Positions 22,897-37,800 of a stretch of 64,000 nucleotides of DNA are shown here, in pieces (position 1 is the first letter of the stretch; every line of letters begins with the position of its first letter). This DNA is from Eledone cirrhosa. Lineage: Eukaryota. The position numbers were made by a program, and so were the translations under genes. The notes beneath the pieces were generated by a model that had not been told where the DNA came from, made no database searches, and worked only from the letters and a program-made list of their open reading frames with translations. Where the stretch lies: positions 291,710,001 through 291,774,000 of the forward strand of contig OZ024740.1 in the NCBI GenBank assembly GCA_964016885.1, given 5' to 3'.

Positions 22897-25800
22897 GCAC
22901 CCCAACCCATCTGGACTGTGACAACTGAGGCACCCCAACCCATCTGGACTGTGACAACTGAGGCACCCCAACCCATATGGACTGTGACAACTGAGGGACC
23001 CCAACCCATCTGGACTGTGACAACTGAAGCACCCCAACCCATCTGGACTGTGACAACTGAGGCACTCCAACCTATCTGGACTGTGACAACTGAAGCACCC
23101 CAACCCATCTGGACTGTGACAACTGAGGCACTCCAACCTATCTGGACTGTGACAACTGAGGCACTCCAACCTATCTGGACTGTGACAACTGAAGCACCCC
23201 AACCCATCTGGACTGTGACAACTGAGGCACTCCAACCCATCTGGACTGTGACAACTGAGGCACCCCAACCCATCTGGACTGTGACAACTGAGGCACTCCA
23301 ACCCATCTGGACTGTGACAACTGAGGCACTCCAACCTATCTGGACTGTGACAACTGAAGCACCCCAACCCATCTGGACTGTGACAACTGAGGCACCCCAA
23401 CCCATCTGGACTGTGACAACTGAGGCACTCCAACCCATCTGGACTGTGACAACTGAGGCACTCCAACCTATCTGGACTGTGACAACTGAAGCACCCCAAC
23501 CCATCTGGACTGTGACAACTGAAGCACCCCAACCCATCTGGACTGTGACAACTGAGGCACTCCAACCTATCTGGACTGTGACAACTGAGGCACCCCACCC
23601 CTCTGGACTGTGACAACTGAGTGACCCCAACCCATCTGGACTGTGACAACTGAAGCACCCCAACCCATCTGGACTGTGACAACTGAGGCACCCCAACCCA
23701 TCTGGACTGTGACAACTGAGGGACCCCAACCCATCTGGACTGTGACAACTGAGGCACCCCAACCCATCTGGACTGTGACAACTGAGGCACCCCAATCCAT
23801 CTGGACTGTGACAACTGAGGCACCCCAATCCATCTGGACTGTGACAACTGAGGCACCCCAACCCATCTGGACTGTGACAACTGAGGCACCGCAACCCATC
23901 TGGATTGTGACAACTGAGGCACCCCAACCCATCTGGACTGTGACAACTGAGGCACCCCAACCTATCTGGACTGTGACAACTGAGGTACCCCAACCCATAT
24001 GGACTGTGACAACTGAGGCACCCCAACCTATCTGGACTGTGACAACTGAGGCACCCCAACCTATCTGGACTGTGACAACTGAGGGACCCCAACCCATCTG
24101 GACTGTGACAACTGAGGCACCCCAACCTATCTGGACTGTGACAACTGAGGTACCCCAACCCATATGGACTGTGACAACTGAGGCACCCCAACCTATCTGG
24201 ACTGTGACAACTGAGGTACCCCAACCCATCTGGACTGTGACAACTGAGGCACCCCAATCCATCTGGACTGTGACAACTGAGGCACCCCAACCTATCTGGA
24301 CTGTGACAACTGAGGTACCCCAACCCATATGGACTGTGACAACTGAGGCACCCCAACCTATCTGGACTGTGATAACTGAGGCACCCCAACCCATCTGGAC
24401 TGTGATAACTGAGGGACCCCAACCCATCTGGACTGTGATAACTGAGGTACCCCAATCCATCTGGACTGGGACAACTGAGGCACCCCAACCCATCTGGACT
24501 GTGACAACTGAGGCACCCCAATCCATCTGGACTGTGACAACTGAGGTAACCCCAACCCATCTGGACTGTGACAACTGAGGCACCGCAACCCATCTGGACT
24601 GTGACAACTGAGGCACCCCAACCTATCTGCACTGTGACAACCGAGGCACTCCAACCCATCTGGGCTGTGACAACTGAGGCACCCCAACCTATCTGGACTG
24701 TGACAACTGAGGCACTCCAACCTATCTGGACTGTGACTACTGAGGCACCCCAACCCATCTGCACTGTGACTACTAAGGCACCCCACCCATCTGGACTGTG
24801 ACAACTAAGGTGACCCCCAACCCATCTGGACTGTGACAACTGAGGTAACCCCAACCTATCTGGACTGTGACAACTGAGGCACCCCAATCCATCTGGACTG
24901 TGACAACTGAGGCACCCCAACCCATCTGGACTGTGACAACTGAAGCACCCCAACCCATCTGGACTGTGACAACTGAGGCACTCCAACCCATCTGGACTGT
25001 GACAACTGAGGCACCCCAACCCATCTGGACTGTAACAACTGAGGCACCCCAACCCATCTGTTCTGTGACAACTGAGGCACTCCAACCCATCTGGACTGTG
25101 ACAACTGAGGCACCCCAACCCATCTGGACTGTGACAACTGAGGTAACCCCAACCTATCTGGACTGTGACAACTGAGGCACCCCAACCCATCTGGACCGTG
25201 ACAACTGAGGGACCCCAACCCATCTGGACTGTGACAACTGAGGGACCCCAACCCATCTGGACTGTGACAACTGAGGTAACCCCAACCTATCTGGACTGTG
25301 ACAACTGAGGCACTCCAACCCATCTGGACTGTGACAACTGAGGGACCCCAACCCATCTGGACTGTGACAACTGAGTGACCCCAACCCATCTGTTCTGTGA
25401 CAACTGAGGCACCCCAACCCATCTGGACTGTGACAACTGAGGCACCCCAACCCATCTGGACTGTGACAACTGAGGCACCCCAACCCATCTGGACTGTGAC
25501 AACTGAAGCACCCCAACCCATCTGGACTGTGACAACTGAGGCACCCCAACCCATCTGGACTGTGACAACTGAGGCACCCCAACCCATCTGGACTGTGACA
25601 ACTGAAGTACCCCAACCCATCGTGACTGTGACAACTGAGGCACCGCAACCCATCTGTTCTGTGACAACTGAGGCACCCCAACCTATCTGCACTGTGACAA
25701 CTGAGGCACTCCAACCCATCTGGACTGTGACAACTGAGCTAACCCCAACCCATCTTGACTGTGACAACTGAGGGACCCCAACCCATCTGGACTGTGACAA

Positions 25801-28800
25801 CTGAAGCACCCCAACCCATCTGGACTGTGACAACTGAGGCACCCCAACCCATCTGGACTGTGACAACTGAGGCACCCCAACCCATCTGGACTGTGACAAC
25901 TAAGGTGACCCCCAACCCATCTGGACTGTGACAACTGAGCTAACCCCAACCCATCTGGACTGTGACAACTGAGGCACCCCAACCCATCTGTTCTGTGACA
26001 ACTGAGGTACCCCAACCCATCTGGACTGTGAAAACTGAGGCACCCCAACCCATCTGGACTGTGACAACTGAGGCACCCCAACCTATCTGGACTGTGACAA
26101 CTAAGGCACCCCAACCCATCTGGACTGTGACAACTGAGGCACCCCAACCTATCTGGACTGTGACAACTGAGGCACCCCAACCTATCTGGACTGTGACAAC
26201 TAAGGCACCCCAACCCATCTGGACTGTGACAACTGACGTAACCCCAACCCATCTGGACTGTGACAACTGAGGCACCCCAACCTATCTGGACTGTGACAAC
26301 TGAGGCACCCCAACCCATCTGCACTGTGACAACTGAGGCACCCCACCCATCTGGACTGTGACAACTGAGGTAACCCCAACCCATCTGGACTGTGACAACT
26401 GAGGTACCCCAACCCATCTGGACTGTGACAACTGAGTGACCCCAACCCATCTGTTCTGTGACAACTGAGGCACCCCAACCTATCTGCACTGTGACAACTG
26501 AGGCACTCCAACCCATCTGAACTGTGACAACTGAGGCACTCCAACCTATCTGGACTGGGACAACTGAGGTGACCCCCAACCCATCTGGACTGTGACAACT
26601 GAGGCACCCCAACCCATCTGGACTGTGACAACTGAAGCACCCCAACCCATCTGGACTGTGACAACTGAGGCACCCCAACCTATCTGGACTGTGACAACTG
26701 AGGCACCCCAACCCATCTGTTCTGTGACAACTGAGGTACCCCAACCCATCTGGACTGTGACAACTGAGGCACTCCAACCTATCTGGACTGGGACAACTGA
26801 GGTGACACCCAACCCATCTGGACTGTGACAACTGAGGGACCCCAACCCATCTGGACTGTGACAACTGAAGCACCCCAACCCATCTGGACTGTGACAACTG
26901 AGGCACTCCAACCTATCTGGACTGTGACAACTGAAGCACCCCAACCCATCTGGACTGTGACAACTGAGGCACTCCAACCTATCTGGACTGTGACAACTGA
27001 GGCACTCCAACCTATCTGGACTGTGACAACTGAAGCACCCCAACCCATCTGGACTGTGACAACTGAGGCACTCCAACCCATCTGGACTGTGACAACTGAG
27101 GCACTCCAACCTATCTGGACTGTGACAACTGAAGCACCCCAACCCATCTGGACTGTGACAACTGAAGCACCCCAACCCATCTGGACTGTGACAACTGAGG
27201 CACTCCAACCTATCTGGACTGTGACAACTGAGGCACCCCACCCCTCTGGACTGTGACAACTGAGGCACCCCAACCCATCTGGACTGTGACAACTGAGTGA
27301 CCCCAACCCATCTGGACTGTGACAACTGAAGCACCCCAACCCATCTGGACTGTGACAACTGAGGCACCCCAACCCATCTGGACTGTGACAACTGAGGGAC
27401 CCCAACCCATCTGGACTGTGACAACTGAGGCACCCCAATCCATCTGGACTGTGACAACTGAGGCACCCCAACCCATCTGGACTGTGACAACTGAGGCACC
27501 GCAACCCATCTGGACTGTGACAACTGAGGCACCCCAACCCATCTGGACTGTGACAACTGAGGCACCCCAACCTATCTGGACTGTGACAACTGAGGTACCC
27601 CAACCCATATGGACTGTGACAACCGAGGCACCCCAACCTATCTGGACTGTGACAACTGAGGCACCCCAACCTATCTGGACAGTGACAACTGAGGGACCCC
27701 AACCCATCTGGACTGTGACAACTGAGGCACCCCAACCTATCTGGACTGTGACAACTGAGGTACCCCAACCCATATGGACTGTGACAACTGAGGCACCCCA
27801 ACCTATCTGGACTGTGACAACTGAGGTACCCCAACCCATCTGGACTGTGACAACTGAGGCACCCCAATCCATCTGGACTGTGACAACTGAGGCACCCCAA
27901 CCTATCTGGACTGTGACAACTGAGGTACCCCAACCCATATGGACTGTGACAACTGAGGCACCCCAACCTATCTGGACTGTGATAACTGAGGCACCCCAAC
28001 CCATCTGGACTGTGATAACTGAGGGACCCCAACCCATCTGGACTGTGACAACTGAGGCACTGCAACCCATCTGGACTGTGACAACTGAGGCACCCCAACC
28101 CATCTGGACTGTGACAACTGAGGTACCCCCAACCTATCTGGACTGTGACAACTGAGGCGCCCCAACCCATCTGGACTGTGACAACTGAGGGACCCCAACC
28201 CATCTGGACTGTGACAACTGAGGCACCCCAATCCATCTGGACTGTGACAACTGAGGTAACCCCAACCCATCTGGACTGTGACAACTGAGGCATCGCAACC
28301 CATCTGGACTGTGACAACTGAGGCACCCCAACCTATCTGCACTGTGACAACCGAGGCACTCCAACCCATCTGGGCTGTGACAACTGAGGCACCCCAACCT
28401 ATCTGGACTGTGACAACTGAGGCACTCCAACCTATCTGGACTGTGACTACTGAGGCACCCCAACCCATCTGCACTGTGACTACTAAGGCACCCCACCCAT
28501 CTGGACTGTGACAACTAAGGTGACCCCCAACCCATCTGGACTGTGACAACTGAGGTAACCCCAACCTATCTGGACTGTGACAACTGAGGCACCCCAATCC
28601 ATCTGGACTGTGACAACTGAGGCACCCCAACCCATCTGGACTGTGACAACTGAAGCACCCCAACCCATCTGGACTGTGACAACTGAGGCACTCCAACCCA
28701 TCTGGACTGTGACAACTGAGGCACCCCAACCCATCTGGACTGTAACAACTGAGGCACCCCAACCCATCTGTTCTGTGACAACTGAGGCACTCCAACCCAT

Positions 28801-31800
28801 CTGGACTGTGACAACTGAGGCACCCCAACCCATCTGGACTGTGACAACTGAGGTAACCCCAACCTATCTGGACTGTTACAACTGAGGCACCCCAACCCAT
28901 CTGGACCGTGACAACTGAGGGACCCCAACCCATCTGGACTGTGACAACTGAAGCACCCCAACCCATCTGGACTGTGACAACTGAGGCACCCCAACCCATC
29001 TGGACTGTGACAACTGAGGCACCCCAACCCATCTGGACTGTGACAACTGAAGTACCCCAACCCATCGTGACTGTGACAACTGAGGCACCGCAACCCATCT
29101 GTTCTGTGACAACTGAGGCACCCCAACCTATCTGCACTGTGACAACTGAGGCACTCCAACCCATCTGGACTGTGACAACTGAGCTAACCCCAACCCATCT
29201 TGACTGTGACAACTGAGGGACCCCAACCCATCTGGACTGTGACAACTGAAGCACCCCAACCCATCTGGACTGTGACAACTGAGGCACCCCAACCCATCTG
29301 GACTGTGACAACTGAGGCACCCCAACCCATCTGGACTGTGACAACTAAGGTGACCCCCAACCCATCTGGACTGTGACAACTGAGCTAACCCCAACCCATC
29401 TGGACTGTGACAACTGAGGCACCCCAACCCATCTGTTCTGTGACAACTGAGGTACCCCAACCCATCTGGACTGTGAAAACTGAGGCACCCCAACCCATCT
29501 GGACTGTGACAACTGAGGCACCCCAACCTATCTGGACTGTGACAACTGAGGCACCCCAACCTATCTGGACTGTGACAACTAAGGCACCCCAACCCATCTG
29601 GACTGTGACAACTGAGGCACCCCAACCTATCTGGACTGTGACAACTGAGGCACCCCAACCTATCTGGACTGTGACAACTAAGGCACCCCAACCCATCTGG
29701 ACTGTGACAACTGACGTAACCCCAACCCATCTGGACTGTGACAACTGAGGCACCCCAACCTATCTGGACTGTGACAACTGAGGCACCCCAACCCATCTGC
29801 ACTGTGACAACTGAGGCACCCCACCCATCTGGACTGTGACAACTGAGGTAACCCCAACCCATCTGGACTGTGACAACTGAGGTACCCCAACCCATCTGGA
29901 CTGTGACAACTGAGTGACCCCAACCCATCTGTTCTGTGACAACTGAGGCACCCCAACCTATCTGCACTGTGACAACTGAGGCACTCCAACCCATCTGAAC
30001 TGTGACAACTGAGGCACTCCAACCTATCTGGACTGGGACAACTGAGGTGACCCCCAACCCATCTGGACTGTGACAACTGAGGCACCCCAACCCATCTGGA
30101 CTGTGACAACTGAAGCACCCCAACCCATCTGGACTGTGACAACTGAGGCACCCCAACCTATCTGGACTGTGACAACTGAGGCACCCCAACCCATCTGTTC
30201 TGTGACAACTGAGGTACCCCAACCCATCTGGACTGTGACAACTGAGGCACTCCAACCTATCTGGACTGGGACAACTGAGGTGACCCCCAACCCATCTGGA
30301 CTGTGACAACTGAGGGACCCCAACCCATCTGGACTGTGACAACTGAAGCACCCCAACCCATCTGGACTGTGACAACTGAGGCACTCCAACCTATCTGGAC
30401 TGTGACAACTGAAGCACCCCAACCCATCTGGACTGTGACAACTGAGGCACTCCAACCTATCTGGACTGTGACAACTGAGGCACTCCAACCTATCTGGACT
30501 GTGACAACTGAAGCACCCCAACCCATCTGGACTGTGACAACTGAGGCACTCCAACCCATCTGGACTGTGACAACTGAGGCACTCCAACCTATCTGGACTG
30601 TGACAACTGAAGCACCCCAACCCATCTGGACTGTGACAACTGAAGCACCCCAACCCATCTGGACTGTGACAACTGAGGCACTCCAACCTATCTGGACTGT
30701 GACAACTGAGGCACCCCACCCCTCTGGACTGTGACAACTGAGGCACCCCAACCCATCTGGACTGTGACAACTGAGTGACCCCAACCCATCTGGACTGTGA
30801 CAACTGAAGCACCCCAACCCATCTGGACTGTGACAACTGAGGCACCCCAACCCATCTGGACTGTGACAACTGAGGGACCCCAACCCATCTGGACTGTGAC
30901 AACTGAGGCACCCCAATCCATCTGGACTGTGACAACTGAGGCACCCCAACCCATCTGGACTGTGACAACTGAGGCACCGCAACCCATCTGGACTGTGACA
31001 ACTGAGGCACCCCAACCCATCTGGACTGTGACAACTGAGGCACCCCAACCTATCTGGACTGTGACAACTGAGGTACCCCAACCCATATGGACTGTGACAA
31101 CCGAGGCACCCCAACCTATCTGGACTGTGACAACTGAGGCACCCCAACCTATCTGGACAGTGACAACTGAGGGACCCCAACCCATCTGGACTGTGACAAC
31201 TGAGGCACCCCAACCTATCTGGACTGTGACAACTGAGGTACCCCAACCCATATGGACTGTGACAACTGAGGCACCCCAACCTATCTGGACTGTGACAACT
31301 GAGGTACCCCAACCCATCTGGACTGTGACAACTGAGGCACCCCAATCCATCTGGACTGTGACAACTGAGGCACCCCAACCTATCTGCACTGTGACAACTG
31401 AGGCACTCCAACCCATCTGAACTGTGACAACTGAGGCACTCCAACCTATCTGGACTGGGACAACTGAGGTGACCCCCAACCCATCTGGACTGTGACAACT
31501 GAGGCACCCCAACCCATCTGGACTGTGACAACTGAAGCACCCCAACCCATCTGGACTGTGACAACTGAGGCACCCCAACCTATCTGGACTGTGACAACTG
31601 AGGCACCCCAACCCATCTGTTCTGTGACAACTGAGGTACCCCAACCCATCTGGACTGTGACAACTGAGGCACTCCAACCTATCTGGACTGGGACAACTGA
31701 GGTGACACCCAACCCATCTGGACTGTGACAACTGAGGGACCCCAACCCATCTGGACTGTGACAACTGAAGCACCCCAACCCATCTGGACTGTGACAACTG

Positions 31801-34800
31801 AGGCACTCCAACCTATCTGGACTGTGACAACTGAAGCACCCCAACCCATCTGGACTGTGACAACTGAGGCACTCCAACCTATCTGGACTGTGACAACTGA
31901 GGTGACCCCCAACCCATCTGGACTGTGACAACTGAGGCACCCCAACCCATCTGGACTGTGACAACTGAAGCACCCCAACCCATCTGGACTGTGACAACTG
32001 AGGCACCCCAACCTATCTGGACTGTGACAACTGAGGCACCCCAACCCATCTGTTCTGTGACAACTGAGGTACCCCAACCCATCTGGACTGTGACAACTGA
32101 GGCACTCCAACCTATCTGGACTGGGACAACTGAGGTGACCCCCAACCCATCTGGACTGTGACAACTGAGGGACCCCAACCCATCTGGACTGTGACAACTG
32201 AAGCACCCCAACCCATCTGGACTGTGACAACTGAGGCACTCCAACCTATCTGGACTGTGACAACTGAAGCACCCCAACCCATCTGGACTGTGACAACTGA
32301 GGCACTCCAACCTATCTGGACTGTGACAACTGAGGCACTCCAACCTATCTGGACTGTGACAACTGAAGCACCCCAACCCATCTGGACTGTGACAACTGAG
32401 GCACTCCAACCCATCTGGACTGTGACAACTGAGGCACTCCAACCTATCTGGACTGTGACAACTGAAGCACCCCAACCCATCTGGACTGTGACAACTGAAG
32501 CACCCCAACCCATCTGGACTGTGACAACTGAGGCACTCCAACCTATCTGGACTGTGACAACTGAGGCACCCCACCCCTCTGGACTGTGACAACTGAGGCA
32601 CCCCAACCCATCTGGACTGTGACAACTGAGTGACCCCAACCCATCTGGACTGTGACAACTGAAGCACCCCAACCCATCTGGACTGTGACAACTGAGGCAC
32701 CCCAACCCATCTGGACTGTGACAACTGAGGGACCCCAACCCATCTGGACTGTGACAACTGAGGCACCCCAATCCATCTGGACTGTGACAACTGAGGCACC
32801 CCAACCCATCTGGACTGTGACAACTGAGGCACCGCAACCCATCTGGACTGTGACAACTGAGGCACCCCAACCCATCTGGACTGTGACAACTGAGGCACCC
32901 CAACCTATCTGGACTGTGACAACTGAGGTACCCCAACCCATATGGACTGTGACAACCGAGGCACCCCAACCTATCTGGACTGTGACAACTGAGGCACCCC
33001 AACCTATCTGGACAGTGACAACTGAGGGACCCCAACCCATCTGGACTGTGACAACTGAGGCACCCCAACCTATCTGGACTGTGACAACTGAGGTACCCCA
33101 ACCCATATGGACTGTGACAACTGAGGCACCCCAACCTATCTGGACTGTGACAACTGAGGTACCCCAACCCATCTGGACTGTGACAACTGAGGCACCCCAA
33201 TCCATCTGGACTGTGACAACTGAGGCACCCCAACCTATCTGGACTGTGACAACTGAGGTACCCCAACCCATATGGACTGTGACAACTGAGGCACCCCAAC
33301 CTATCTGGACTGTGATAACTGAGGCACCCCAACCCATCTGGACTGTGATAACTGAGGGACCCCAACCCATCTGGACTGTGACAACTGAGGCACTGCAACC
33401 CATCTGGACTGTGACAACTGAGGCACCCCAACCCATCTGGACTGTGACAACTGAGGTACCCCCAACCTATCTGGACTGTGACAACTGAGGCGCCCCAACC
33501 CATCTGGACTGTGACAACTGAGGGACCCCAACCCATCTGGACTGTGACAACTGAGGCACCCCAATCCATCTGGACTGTGACAACTGAGGTAACCCCAACC
33601 CATCTGGACTGTGACAACTGAGGCATCGCAACCCATCTGGACTGTGACAACTGAGGCACCCCAACCTATCTGCACTGTGACAACCGAGGCACTCCAACCC
33701 ATCTGGGCTGTGACAACTGAGGCACCCCAACCTATCTGGACTGTGACAACTGAGGCACTCCAACCTATCTGGACTGTGACTACTGAGGCACCCCAACCCA
33801 TCTGCACTGTGACTACTAAGGCACCCCACCCATCTGGACTGTGACAACTAAGGTGACCCCCAACCCATCTGGACTGTGACAACTGAGGTAACCCCAACCT
33901 ATCTGGACTGTGACAACTGAGGCACCCCAATCCATCTGGACTGTGACAACTGAGGCACCCCAACCCATCTGGACTGTGACAACTGAAGCACCCCAACCCA
34001 TCTGGACTGTGACAACTGAGGCACTCCAACCCATCTGGACTGTGACAACTGAGGCACCCCAACCCATCTGGACTGTAACAACTGAGGCACCCCAACCCAT
34101 CTGTTCTGTGACAACTGAGGCACTCCAACCCATCTGGACTGTGACAACTGAGGCACCCCAACCCATCTGGACTGTGACAACTGAGGTAACCCCAACCTAT
34201 CTGGACTGTTACAACTGAGGCACCCCAACCCATCTGGACCGTGACAACTGAGGGACCCCAACCCATCTGGACTGTGACAACTGAAGCACCCCAACCCATC
34301 TGGACTGTGACAACTGAGGCACCCCAACCCATCTGGACTGTGACAACTGAGGCACCCCAACCCATCTGGACTGTGACAACTGAAGTACCCCAACCCATCG
34401 TGACTGTGACAACTGAGGCACCGCAACCCATCTGTTCTGTGACAACTGAGGCACCCCAACCTATCTGCACTGTGACAACTGAGGCACTCCAACCCATCTG
34501 GACTGTGACAACTGAGCTAACCCCAACCCATCTTGACTGTGACAACTGAGGGACCCCAACCCATCTGGACTGTGACAACTGAAGCACCCCAACCCATCTG
34601 GACTGTGACAACTGAGGCACCCCAACCCATCTGGACTGTGACAACTGAGGCACCCCAACCCATCTGGACTGTGACAACTAAGGTGACCCCCAACCCATCT
34701 GGACTGTGACAACTGAGCTAACCCCAACCCATCTGGACTGTGACAACTGAGGCACCCCAACCCATCTGTTCTGTGACAACTGAGGTACCCCAACCCATCT

Positions 34801-37800
34801 GGACTGTGAAAACTGAGGCACCCCAACCCATCTGGACTGTGACAACTGAGGCACCCCAACCTATCTGGACTGTGACAACTAAGGCACCCCAACCCATCTG
34901 GACTGTGACAACTGAGGCACCCCAACCTATCTGGACTGTGACAACTGAGGCACCCCAACCTATCTGGACTGTGAAAACTAAGGCACCCCAACCCATCTGG
35001 ACTGTGACAACTGACGTAACCCCAACCCATCTGGACTGTGACAACTGAGGCACCCCAACCTATCTGGACTGTGACAACTGAGGCACCCCAACCCATCTGC
35101 ACTGTGACAACTGAGGCACCCCACCCATCTGGACTGTGACAACTGAGGTAACCCCAACCCATCTGGACTGTGACAACTGAGGTACCCCAACCCATCTGGA
35201 CTGTGACAACTGAGTGACCCCAACCCATCTGTTCTGTGACAACTGAGGCACCCCAACCTATCTGCACTGTGACAACTGAGGCACTCCAACCCATCTGAAC
35301 TGTGACAACTGAGGCACTCCAACCTATCTGGACTGGGACAACTGAGGTGACCCCCAACCCATCTGGACTGTGACAACTGAGGCACCCCAACCCATCTGGA
35401 CTGTGACAACTGAAGCACCCCAACCCATCTGGACTGTGACAACTGAGGCACCCCAACCTATCTGGACTGTGACAACTGAGGCACCCCAACCCATCTGTTC
35501 TGTGACAACTGAGGTACCCCAACCCATCTGGACTGTGACAACTGAGGCACTCCAACCTATCTGGACTGGGACAACTGAGGTGACCCCCAACCCATCTGGA
35601 CTGTGACAACTGAGGGACCCCAACCCATCTGGACTGTGACAACTGAAGCACCCCAACCCATCTGGACTGTGACAACTGAGGCACTCCAACCTATCTGGAC
35701 TGTGACAACTGAAGCACCCCAACCCATCTGGACTGTGACAACTGAGGCACTCCAACCTATCTGGACTGTGACAACTGAGGCACTCCAACCTATCTGGACT
35801 GTGACAACTGAAGCACCCCAACCCATCTGGACTGTGACAACTGAGGCACTCCAACCCATCTGGACTGTGACAACTGAGGCACTCCAACCTATCTGGACTG
35901 TGACAACTGAAGCACCCCAACCCATCTGGACTGTGACAACTGAAGCACCCCAACCCATCTGGACTGTGACAACTGAGGCACTCCAACCTATCTGGACTGT
36001 GACAACTGAGGCACCCCACCCCTCTGGACTGTGACAACTGAGGCACCCCAACCCATCTGGACTGTGACAACTGAGTGACCCCAACCCATCTGGACTGTGA
36101 CAACTGAAGCACCCCAACCCATCTGGACTGTGACAACTGAGGCACCCCAACCCATCTGGACTGTGACAACTGAGGGACCCCAACCCATCTGGACTGTGAC
36201 AACTGAGGCACCCCAATCCATCTGGACTGTGACAACTGAGGCACCCCAACCCATCTGGACTGTGACAACTGAGGCACCCCAACCCATCTGGACTGTGACA
36301 ACTGAGGCACCCCAACCTATCTGGACTGTGACAACTGAGGTACCCCAACCCATATGGACTGTGACAACCGAGGCACCCCAACCTATCTGGACTGTGACAA
36401 CTGAGGCACCCCAACCTATCTGGACAGTGACAACTGAGGGACCCCAACCCATCTGGACTGTGACAACTGAGGCACCCCAACCTATCTGGACTGTGACAAC
36501 TGAGGTACCCCAACCCATATGGACTGTGACAACTGAGGCACCCCAACCTATCTGGACTGTGACAACTGAGGTACCCCAACCCATCTGGACTGTGACAACT
36601 GAGGCACCCCAATCCATCTGGACTGTGACAACTGAGGCACCCCAACCTATCTGGACTGTGACAACTGAGGTACCCCAACCCATATGGACTGTGACAACTG
36701 AGGCACCCCAACCTATCTGGACTGTGATAACTGAGGCACCCCAACCCATCTGGACTGTGATAACTGAGGGACCCCAACCCATCTGGACTGTGACAACTGA
36801 GGCACTGCAACCCATCTGGACTGTGACAACTGAGGCACCCCAACCCATCTGGACTGTGACAACTGAGGTACCCCCAACCTATCTGGACTGTGACAACTGA
36901 GGCGCCCCAACCCATCTGGACTGTGACAACTGAGGGACCCCAACCCATCTGGACTGTGACAACTGAGGCACCCCAATCCATCTGGACTGTGACAACTGAG
37001 GTAACCCCAACCCATCTGGACTGTGACAACTGAGGCATCGCAACCCATCTGGACTGTGACAACTGAGGCACCCCAACCTATCTGCACTGTGACAACCGAG
37101 GCACTCCAACCCATCTGGGCTGTGACAACTGAGGCACCCCAACCTATCTGGACTGTGACAACTGAGGCACTCCAACCTATCTGGACTGTGACTACTGAGG
37201 CACCCCAACCCATCTGCACTGTGACTACTAAGGCACCCCACCCATCTGGACTGTGACAACTAAGGTGACCCCCAACCCATCTGGACTGTGACAACTGAGG
37301 TAACCCCAACCTATCTGGACTGTGACAACTGAGGCACCCCAATCCATCTGGACTGTGACAACTGAGGCACCCCAACCCATCTGGACTGTGACAACTGAAG
37401 CACCCCAACCCATCTGGACTGTGACAACTGAGGCACTCCAACCCATCTGGACTGTGACAACTGAGGCACCCCAACCCATCTGGACTGTAACAACTGAGGC
37501 ACCCCAACCCATCTGTTCTGTGACAACTGAGGCACTCCAACCCATCTGGACTGTGACAACTGAGGCACCCCAACCCATCTGGACTGTGACAACTGAGGTA
37601 ACCCCAACCTATCTGGACTGTTACAACTGAGGCACCCCAACCCATCTGGACCGTGACAACTGAGGGACCCCAACCCATCTGGACTGTGACAACTGAAGCA
37701 CCCCAACCCATCTGGACTGTGACAACTGAGGCACCCCAACCCATCTGGACTGTGACAACTGAGGCACCCCAACCCATCTGGACTGTGACAACTGAAGTAC

